Of a stretch of 64,000 bases of DNA, positions 24,611-35,106 are shown one piece after another; the stretch's first letter is position 1, and each line of letters opens with the position of its first letter. The notes under the pieces are model-generated. The model was not told the origin of the DNA and ran no database searches. It saw only the letters and a program-made list of their open reading frames with translations. This stretch comes from Geosiphon pyriformis uo1 (taxonomy: Eukaryota; Fungi; Glomeromycota). The DNA lies in contig JAAOMT010000494.1 in assembly GCA_016748015.1 (NCBI GenBank), positions 984,190-1,048,189 on the forward strand, written 5' to 3'. A program made the translations under genes and the position numbers.

Positions 24611-27600
24611 CAAGTTTTTAAAAGTAATTTTATAAAATTAATATATATATATATATAGTTTTAACTTAAAAAAAAAGTATTCAAATATCTTTTATTTTAA
24701 CTTTATTAATATTAAACCTAAAAAATATATTTACTTTAATTTTTATTTTAATTTTTACTTTTTTAATTATAATTATTAATAAAATATTAATTTCTATTTA
24801 TTTTTATTTATTTATTTTTTTATATTTTAAAAATTTTGGTTAATTTAAAAACTAAAAAAATACAAAACAATTTAATTGTTATATCAAATAATTTAATATT
24901 ATAATAATTTAATAAAAAAAAACATTATAAAATTAATTATTTTAAAGATAATTAACTTATTAAAAAAAGCAAAAAACAAACACCAAATTTTATTTATTGT
25001 AATTAAATAATACAAATTAAATCGAATATAATCAAAAATAATTACAATTATCTAATTAAACAAAAATTATTAAAAAACTCTAATATTTTTGTTTTTTATA
25101 AAAAAACTTTTATAAGTAAATTATAATAAGCTAATTGTAAAAATTTTTAAAAATTAATATTACTTAAAACATAAAAGTTATAATAATAAGTTATTTTATT
25201 ATTAAATAAAATTTGAATTATTAACTAGCATAAAATTATTTTTAATTAGTATATCATATTATTATTTTTAATTTATTATTTATTATTTGGCCAAATTATT
25301 AAATATTACTATTTAATTAATAATTTGATTTATATTGTTATAATTAAATATAATACACTAACAAATAACAAAAAAAAATAATATTATATAACAATAAAAT
25401 AATTAAAAAATAATTTAATTTTAATAAATAAATTAAATTCATAAAAATTTAATATGTAAATTTAGTCTTATAAATATTTTAGTTGCTATTTTTTTCAAAA
25501 AAAATTAGAAAGTAAAGAAATAATTTATATTATTAACAAAAAATAACACATTAAGATAATTTTATTCTTTATATTAATATTTTTAAAATTTAATATTAAA
25601 TATTAATTACACTTTTTAGTAAATATTTATTTAATATACTTTTTTTTATTAATAAATACAGTCTAATTACTATTTAATATAATATAATTATATAAGATTC
25701 TAAATTAAGTACAATTCATGCTTTTTCTGCATATAACTAGCCACTTAGATTAATTAAAACTACATTAAATACTTAAGTTATTAGAAACACAAACACTCTT
25801 AAAAAGACTAAATAATTGTAAAAATAAAAACTTATATATTTCAGAACTTAAACTGATGTTTTTATTAATACCTAAAACTAAAATATCTAAAACACTTACA
25901 GAATTTGAAAGACTTATAACTAGTAAAGAAACCAAATTATTATAAGAAATCAAATCATGCTTTTTATAATATGTATGCAATTTTGTATTAAACAGTTACA
26001 AATTAGATTTATATTATTCTTTAAATTCATAAATAAATCTAATTACATATTTGTTTGCTTTTAGTGGATTTATAAATGTCTTTAAAATTTTTTCAAACCA
26101 ATTATGCAAAATAAAATTTTTTGCTAAAGTCATGTACAATGCATCTGACTTCTTAGCTTTAAAAAAAAAATAAACAACCAATAAATTAACTGCTGACAAT
26201 TTAGACAAAACAATTTACATACTTCCAATATTATTAATAATACTTTTTTTAGTACTATGATCTTAAATATACTAAAATATATGGTCAGAGTTTTTTATCA
26301 AACCACATTATATACACCTTATATTTGAATAGTTTAAATTATACAGTCTCTTTTTTACAGCAGTTAGCAATTTATAATACAATATTTTTATAAAATACAA
26401 ACAAAATACAATAGAATTTGAGTTAATATAACCAGATTTTATGTAATTATTAAAATGCCAAACTTCTACAAATTGTTTTAAATTCAACCCATTAACCAAT
26501 AAAGTATCAATAATTTTAATAGTATATTTGGCTTTCTATTTTATATATACAACAAATTTACAAACAATTTTAACAAAACAATAAAAATTCTTAAACACAA
26601 AATAATTATTAATACACAAAAATCTGTAAAAGATCTTTACCAATAAAACAAAAACAGAACTAGTGACAAAATCAGCAAAAAAATTCATTTTTCTATTACT
26701 AATATTATTTGAATAACTCTTAATCTTGTTTTAATTAACTTGTAAATCTTTTAAGACTATAATATACTATATATATTCTTGTTTAATCTAATATTTATAA
26801 TAAAAATTGAATTTTATACTTATATTGTTAATAGTATATATGTCTAAAAAAACTTAACTGTTAGAATAAATTGCAATCAAACTTGATAATAACACATACT
26901 TAAAAGCCAATACAATTATCTAAAACTTAGCTAAAGTAGAAAACAACAAATCATATATTTACACATTTATATTCAAATTAATATCAGAAAAATATGCAGT
27001 TGTATTATTATAAACATCATAAAAACTTAACTTCTTAACTAAATCATTTGTGTAAATTTTAATTTCATTTATATTTATATGTAGTAATTTGTTTTTAGTA
27101 TATTATAAATTAACAGAAAAATTTGCAGAAATAGCTATTGGTTTTTTAGTTATCTTATTTACAAAACTGTTATTTTTAATGAATTATACTGTAAACTTAA
27201 ACCAAATAAAAATAAAACTTTTTAGATCCAAATATTTTTATTTATAAAATGTTTTTTAATTAAAACAAACTTCTTTATAATTTATAAACTGGTTAGCAAA
27301 AATAATACTGAATTTCTTTAGAAATTTTACAACAGTATAACCAAGTTCACCCAACATATTGACAACAAAAATTTTATCTTTAAAGCAAAACATATTAAGC
27401 AGATTATTATTTAATAACAAATTATATTTCAAAAAAGACCAGTTACACCAACCAAAAAATTATTAATAAACATAATCTGCAATTTTACAGAAAAAATAAA
27501 AAGAATAATATGACAATTAGCTAGCCACTTAAAGATTTATGGCCTTATAATTAAACAAATAACCAAAAATGCTCTTAGAGTTCGCAAAAACAACTATATT

Positions 27601-29361
27601 TAATATTTTATATTTAATCTACAACTATTTAAAAGTTTTTAGATCATAAAACACCAAATAATAAATTATCTTATTTGGAATGTTCTTAAACAAATTAACT
27701 TTAAACTTCAAATCTTTTCTCAATATAATGTTCTATTTTTTATACATATTCTTAAGCACAAAATAAATTGTGTTTTATAATTCCCTATTAGCTATAAGAC
27801 AATAGATATTAGATAAAGAAATATTTTATCTAAAATTGTTTTTTTTAAAATCTTATCAAAAAAAAATCTTACATTGAAATATACTTTGGCCAGATTTGGT
27901 TTAGACATATTTTTAGTAAACAAAAAGATGTTTAAATATTTGTAAAACTTTTTTTTTTTTACTATTAAAATATTAAAACTATTGATAAAAAGTAATATAT
28001 TCTTAACTTTATAGTTAATAAAAATAACAACAGTTTTTTCGATATTAATAGAAATATTATTAATAACAAAAAATTTATTTGCAATGTTCAAAATGTACTG
28101 CATAACTGCCAAGCTATTATTAACCTAAATTATATTATTTACAAAAGCACCTACAGTAAAATAAAAAATTAAGTCTTTTTTAAAATTAATCTGTCCAGTT
28201 TTTATGATAAACTTAGAACTAATCTTATATTTATACAAATGTTTATGTTTCTTGACTTAACATAACAAGAAATTATAAAATTTTTTTTAGAGCAAAAGTA
28301 AAAAAACTTCTTTTATATCAAATTTATTATATATATTATAGTTTTTTAAGAATTTAAAATCTGTTATAATTTGATTAACTTTACCAATGTAAATATTTTC
28401 AAAAAATCTGACAAATTAGTTACACATCTTTATTCAAATCAAGCTAGCATACAGATAATACTAGCCAACTAAATTATAAGCTTTGTATATATTTTGCAGA
28501 ATTAGTCATAGTTTTTTGTTTTTCTCCAAAGTATTTTTTATAACAAAATTTACAATACTAATAAGAATTTGTATTAAAGTGTTTTTTAAAACCAAAAAGT
28601 TGTTTTTACAAAAAATGCCAAATTTACTACAAGCCAAAAATATTCTATTTAATAGAATTTTGAACAGTATTTACTTTGTTATCTCAATTAAAGCAATTAA
28701 TTTAATATTGATTAACATTTTTTTTAGTCATAAAATTTAGAAATTATAAATACTTAAATTTTTTTTCACAGATCTGAAATAATATACAATATCAAACAGC
28801 CATTTAACAGATCTAAAAAACATTTCAATACTATTTTATTATTATGTCTTCAAAGTTTATTAAAAATAATATTCAGACTAACAGTTTTGTCATTAAACAG
28901 ATTTTTAATTACTTGAGCCAATTTTTTCCAATCTATTTTATTTATAATATTTAAAAACACATTATTATTTACATAGCTCAAAGAAGTATATTGGTTTAAC
29001 CAAATTTTAGGCAGTACAGTCAACATAATTTTTTTTTGTCTACTTTTTTATTATCTTGTCTATATTAGATTTGATCTTGCTGGATTTAAGAATCAGCTTA
29101 TTATTTATAATTAAGTAGTTCAAAATAACTTTGCAAAAAAGTCTATTTAAAACATTTTTAATTATACTGCTTTTATTAAAACAAAAATTTTCATATATCT
29201 TTTTATTGCTTTTTTAATAGATATAAATTAAATATTTTTTAACTTAAAGTATTTAGACTTCTAATAACTTTTTTTAATGTCAAAAAAATGTTTCAAAATC
29301 TCAGCCAAATTTTTTCCATCAAAAATTAATGCTGTTACAAGTAAACTTGGTAATATATTAT

Positions 29362-30039
29362 TGTTATGGGTTGGAGTAACAAGCTAATGGATAGCAAGAG
29401 AGAACAGTATTGTATGGTGATAGAAATAAACAAAGAAGGAATTACAATAAGAGAGTGAATTGAATAAGTAGGAATTCAATGTGCGTAATCAGTCTCATAA
29501 AAATCACAGTCGCTAATCTTTTCTTAAATCTGAAGGTAGAGGAATAGTCTGTGATTGTCAACAAGATAACACTACTGCTATTATTCTATGCCTCAACTCG
29601 GCAATTCTTAGAATTAATAACAGGTATCATTGTACTTTTCAATTGTTTCTTTATTCAATGAATTACAAGAGCAAGCCAATTGCTTCTTAGGCTAATTCTA
29701 ACAAATACAAATCAAGAAAGGGAAAAGATAAGGTATGTGAATGCCAACAAGTAGATACTTGAAGGTAAGAAAAGGGGAATAAGCAATTATGAGAGAAAGT
29801 AATTGATATTGTTTATTTCATTACTTTGATCATGTCTTTCTACAGCTGAGGGAATCATTGCTTATATAACTGTCTAAAGTGGTCAACGACCAGATCAATG
29901 ATCAGGTTAATAATCAGGTCAATGGTTAGATCATTGATCAGGTCAACGATCACTATCTAAAAATAGGGTGGCTAATTATATGACATCATTGGCTAATACA
30001 TGTGATAATTAATAAAAACTATGTGTTTCAACCATAACA
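29362..30039 (-). repeat. 3' LTR of Gypsy A1 (678 bp)
   Basis: tgttatgggttgg...caaccataaca; direct repeat of 36700-37333. Confidence 0.95.
29861..29955 (-). promoter_or_regulatory. LTR-A U3 promoter: TATATAAG box plus ~6 x 12-bp tandem repeat (consensus ggtcaacgatca)
   Basis: cttatata at 29861-29868 is present in all complete A LTRs. Repeats at 29881-29955 vary in copy number between LTRs. Confidence 0.65.
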
Positions 30040-30665
30040 TCATCTTCTCCAAAGAGATTGAGCTCTGGCGAAATCAAACTATTTATGGGATAGTCTATGT
30101 GAAGGGTTTTGTCTAACTCAAAACTAACTAGTTTGCTGAAGTCTTTTGTGGATAGAGTATATAGTACTTGAGGCAAAATAAGCTTTGTATCCAAAAGACC
30201 AAATCTTTGTATTAAAGTTTTGGCTCTTCTAGCAATGGTCAAAACTCTTGGGACATCCAATCATATAATGCCCAAAATTTCCACTTGTATCTCTGAAGTT
30301 GTTTTCTTCATGAGCTTCATGTCTTCTATGATTTTACCAAGACGACCATAGAGTTCTAGTTGTCTTCCATATGACAAGTTTTTGTCTATGGGCAAGATTT
30401 CTTGTATTGTTTTTCCAATTGTGCTGGAAGATGAAAGTATTGCTGCTGTTATGCTTTCCAGCAGGTATTTATCCATTTTGCTACCAATTCTTTCTCTTCT
30501 GGTAGTTGTTTTCTTTGGTCTAATAATAGTGTGAGTTCCACTGTTGTCTGTTATAGTGGTTTGTTTTCTGATAGTCAGAGTAGCATTTGAATAGTTCTTA
30601 ATCTAGTACTCATGAAGAGTATAGAAAGCGTTTTGAATGTTTTGATTCAGGAAATAATTGTTCAT
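30009..30665 (-). pseudogene. Gypsy A ORF3 (env-position, unknown function, ~218 aa, two in-frame stops)
   Basis: A single frame runs from MNNYFLNQ through 30261-30476 and 30009-30260. Homolog at 48850-49464. Confidence 0.75.
30040..30050 (-). other. Polypurine tract of Gypsy A1
   Basis: Minus strand GGAGAAGATGA abuts the 3' LTR. Confidence 0.85.
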
Positions 30666-33600
30666 GTCGATTGAAGATAACTCTGTTTTGGGAATGGTGT
30701 ATTTATTTATATCTAATTTTTGCTGATCATTTGGGTCAGTATTATCACAACAGGTAACCAATCAGGTCGTTTGTGATATTTCTTGAGTTGCGTGCCATGA
30801 ACAGGGCGATCACTAAATATTGTTCCATATTGATCTTGTAAAATATAAGAACCATTGTTCAAAACTTTGTTGACTATAAAGAGTCCTTTTTACCGGCTAG
30901 AGAATTTATCACCATAGACATTGTCCCTGTCTGAACGGTATTCCAAAACTAAGTCACCAACACTTAAAGAAAGTGTTTTATAGGTCTTTTTCTTTTTGAG
31001 CTTCTCTTGGAACTGTTTTATCTTTTCAAAGGCAATTATCTGTGCTTCTACCAATGAGTCAAGAATAGTACCAAGTCTTCTTTGCAAAATGTCTTTGTAA
31101 TCTCCTATTGTTATTTCTTCAAAAGGTATTGTTTCTATATCCATTTCTATTAGTAGAATTGCCATTCATCCATAGAGCAGATAAAAGGGTTCATAACTTG
31201 TTATGTCATGATTTACAGTTCTGTAAGCAAACAAGGCTGAAGACAATACTTTGTCCCATAGATTGGTTTCTTCACTGGTTTTGGCTAGGGTTTCACATAG
31301 TGTTCTATTGAAACGTTCTACTAGGCCATTTGTTTGGGAGTGATAAAGGAAAGAGAGTTTATGACGTATTCCCATTTTTCTGCAAAGTTCTTCAACCAGT
31401 GTACTGAGAAAAGCTCTTCCTCTATCAAATAAAAGTTCTTTGGGGCAGCCGTGGTGACAGATAATATCTTCATAAATGAAATTGGCAATTGAGACTGCTG
31501 TTTGATCTGGGGTGGCTCTTGCTTCTACCCACTTTGTAAGATAGTCGGTAGCTGTGATAATGTATCTGTTGCCATCAGGAGTTACTGTTAAAAGTCCAAC
31601 AACATCTATACCAATTCTATCAAATGGTTGACCAACAGAGATTGGATGGATATCTTCTTTGTGATTGGGTTTTCCTCTTCTTTGGCAGATATCACAGGTT
31701 TTGATGTATTCAGCAATGTCTTTTCCCAAGGTAGGCCAATAATAATGAGCTAAAGTTTTCTGAATTGTTTTTGTTTTTCCAAAGTGTCCAGCTAACGGAT
31801 CAGTGTGCATATTGTAGATCACAATTTCTCTTTCTTCAAATCTAATGACTCTCTGGGGACGGTCAGGATCTTTTCTATTTTTTTTATATAACTGGTTCTG
31901 GTGAATCAAATAGAAATTTGATTGTTTGTGCAAATGTTTTCTTTGCTGTCAAGTATAGTCCAGCGGGTATTGTCCTTTACCCAAAAATTTCATTAAAGCA
32001 GAATAGTTGTCCAAGTCCATTATCGTGTTTGTTTGTGGGGGAGTTACAAATAATTAAGTTGGTTTGGTTTGAGAGGGTTTTACTATCACTGGATGGTAAG
32101 TCTGGAGAGAGCGTCAGCGTTTTGATGATTAGCTCTTTTGCAGTGTTGAATGTCATAGTCGAATTTGTCCAAGTGGAGTATCCAGCGAGTTATCTGTTTA
32201 TGTTCCAGGTTTCTTTTGTTGTGTAGTCAAACTAAAGCTTAGTGATCTGTTACCACCAAAAATTTCACACCCTTAAGAAATTTGTCCCAGTAGCTGGTAG
32301 CCCAAACTACTGCTAAGCATTCCTGTTCAGTAACTGAGTAGTTTCTTTCTGCTGGTGTGAGAGTTCTACTGGCATATGCTATGGCGTGTTCTCTGTTATC
32401 TTCATCTTTTTGGGAAAAAACAGCACCAAGCCCATAGCCAGATGCATCAGTGTGGAGGATAAAAAGTTGATCCAAATTAGGTTGTATGAGGATGGGTTCT
32501 GTAACCAGTTTTTCCTTCAGAATTTCAAATGCTTTTTGTTGATGAGTGCTCCAGTAATAATTGATGTTTTTCCTAAGTAGCTGATTGAAAGGAGCAGCAA
32601 TTTTGGAAAAATCCTTGACAAACTTGCGATAATAAGAGGCCAAACCAAGAAAAGAGTGTAGTTCATGAACATTCATTGGTTGTCTAATGTTTTGAACTTT
32701 TTCAATTTTGGCTGGATCAGGGAAGATTCCATTTTTTGTAATAAGATGGCCAAAGAACTGGGTGGATTGATGTCCAAAGAATGATTTGATTGAATTGATC
32801 TTGAGACCAGCATTTCTAAGGAGGTCAAAAATCTTTTGCAAATGTTCAAGATGTTCATCCCAGATTTTTGAGTACACCATTATGTCGTCCAAGTAGACTA
32901 GAACAAAGTTTTTTTTTACTGATTCAAATACTTTGTCCATTAAGCATTGAAATGTGGGAGGAGCATTTGTGAGACCAAAAGATATGACTGTGAATTCGTA
33001 GGTACCATATTTGGTAATGAAGGCAGTTTTCTTTCTGCTTTCTGGATCCATCTCTACTTGCCAGAATCCAACAGTTAAGTCAATGGTTGAGAAGAAAGTG
33101 GCACCATGGAATTGGTCTAGCATTGCATCAATCTTGGGAAGTGGGCACATGTCTCTTTCAATAATAGCATTTAATTGGCAATAGTCAACACAAAAACGTA
33201 GAGTTCCTCCTTTCTTGGATACCACTACAACTGGGAATGTCCATTCACTCTTGGTTTCCTGTATGAATCCAAGGGTTTTCATTCGGGTTATTTCCTTTTT
33301 GATAAACTCATCATTGCGTCAGTTGGATTGATAGGGCTTCAAATGAATGGGGCGAGTTTCTCTGGTGATGATGATGTGTTGTATCACATGTGTATGTCCA
33401 GGAGGTTCACCTTCTTTTGAGATAACTGGGCTGTTTCTAGCCAGCAGGTTTTCAATGTCTACTTTTCTTTCTTCTGGAGAGAGTTCTCTTTGTTTTACAA
33501 CCAGTGATTGGATTTCAGGTGGTTCATTTTCAAAGGACTTTTGGACTTCTTTTATTTCCTTTCGGGGTATCAAGCTGATTGGTTCCCAATCTTTGTAATA

Positions 33601-34398
33601 GATCAGGCAGGACATGCATTCATCACTAGGAGAATACAATGGTTTGTCACACCAGCACTGAGCACAAGAACCATGCCACCAATAACTGTATTTGGCTTTC
33701 TTGCCTGGCTTTCTGTCAAAAGTTCTTCTGAGCATATCATAATAAGGCCAGCAGATCAGCTTGCCATTGACAATAATTTCTTTTTTATCTGCCTTGACAT
33801 TATCCAGTGGTTTGTCATTGCTAGTGAAGATGGTATAAGCGAGTTCAGCAGTTTCTTCTTGTTCTTCTTTTTTCTCACTTTCTTCATCATCTGATTCATC
33901 TGATTCATTTTCTTCTGGGTTCTGCTTGGGTACTGGGGGAGTTGTCCAATGGCGACACTTAATCACAATGGGTTTCTCACCACATCTGATGGTTAGTTCA
34001 CAGAGTTCATAATCAAGCAAAGCCTTTGCTTTCTTGAGCCATTCATTGCCAACAATGATGGTGTATTTTTTTGCTTCAGACACTTCTATATCAGTTTCAA
34101 TGCTGATGTCATTGATGCAGACAGGAATAGCTTTGGCTATGCCAAGCCCTTTTTTCTTATCACCATGCACATTGGTCATTGGTTGTGTGGATGGTTCATC
34201 AATTTTTCTGCCAATTGTTTCAAAAAAGTGTTTGGCAATAACACTAACAGATAATCTACTGTCTAGGATCAAATTGATGAAGTAGCCAGTCACTTGGGCT
34301 TTACAAATTAGAGGAGTAACATTGCTATTGTTAGCAAGTCCAGCTTGGCAAGGGTGTTTGTTGGTTTTGGGTGTCTTTTTCTTTGGAATCAGAGATTT

Positions 34399-35082
34399 GT
34401 GAAGATTTTTTCTGAATTGTGGATGGGTCATCAATTGGCCAAAGGTTATATGTGCTGGGGTTTCCATAAGGTTTTTGACAACAGAATAGGGACCAGATTT
34501 TTGTACTATTTCTGGGGGTTCTTGAAAACTTTGGCTTTTGGGGGCTCATTGTTGTCAGCAGTTGATGTAGAAGCTTTATTGAGGTCTAGAACAAAATCAA
34601 CTTTGGCTTTCTTCTTTTTTCTTGTGGATTCAGAGGGGTTGATTGCTAATTCATTCATGTCATGGTCATCATCAATTAAGTTAAAAGCATAAAAGGGGTT
34701 TTCTTCTGGTTGGCTTGTACTCTCATCCTTNNNNNNNNNNNNNNNNNNNNGTGAAGATTTTTTCTGAATTGTGGATGGGTCATCAATTGGCCAAAGGTTA
34801 TATGTGCTGGGGTTTCCATAAGGTTTTTGACAACAGAATAGGGACCAGATTTTTGTACTATTTCTGGGGGTTCTTGAAAACTTTGGCTTTTGGGGGCTCA
34901 TTGTTGTCAGCAGTTGATGTAGAAGCTTTATTGAGGTCTAGAACAAAATCAACTTTGGCTTTCTTCTTTTTTCTTGTGGATTCAGAGGGGTTGATTGCTA
35001 ATTCATTCATGTCATGGTCATCATCAATTAAGTTAAAAGCATAAAAGGGGTTTTCTTCTGGTTGGCTTGTACTCTCATCCTT
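34399..35082. other. Scaffold gap (20 N) flanked by a perfect 332-bp duplication; assembly artefact
   Basis: 34399-34730 is identical to 34751-35082. The duplication is absent from copies A2 and A3. Confidence 0.9.
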
Positions 35083-35106
35083 TGAAGGTGTGCCTACCAG
35101 TTTAAA
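35059..35106 (-). promoter_or_regulatory. -1 programmed ribosomal frameshift signal (U UUA AAC + stem-loop)
   Basis: CCT TTA AAC TGG TAG ends gag; the -1 frame reads FKLVGTPSKDESTSQPEENPF into pol. Downstream tggtaggc...gccaacca can pair. Confidence 0.8.

Larger units (their letters stand above)
30713..35106 (-). pseudogene. pol: Gypsy A1 pol: protease, Cys-rich spacer, RT, RNase H, integrase
   Basis: LILDSRLS (decayed DSGS), LRFCVDY, YLDD, LHTDASGYGLG, HHCC (HTDPLAGH..CDIC), DDE (GIDVVG..FDRG..NGLVERFN). A few stops from CGA/TGG decay. No chromodomain. Confidence 0.92.

Noticed and set aside
25625-25640. Possible TSD of LINE C (cf. 45866-45885)
   Set aside because: The similarity lies in near-pure AT sequence and cannot be distinguished from chance.
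29455-29570. Possible intron-containing tRNA-Met gene in LTR-A
   Set aside because: Only the anticodon arm and variable loop match; no acceptor stem, D arm or TTCGA T-loop. Reported as a tRNA-matching box rather than a gene.
30009-30665. env gene call for ORF3
   Set aside because: No signal peptide, clear furin site plus fusion peptide, or transmembrane anchor.
34399-35082. Apparent tandem duplication inside gag-pol
   Set aside because: It is 100% identical, abuts an N gap and is absent from sister copies, so it is an unmerged contig overlap.
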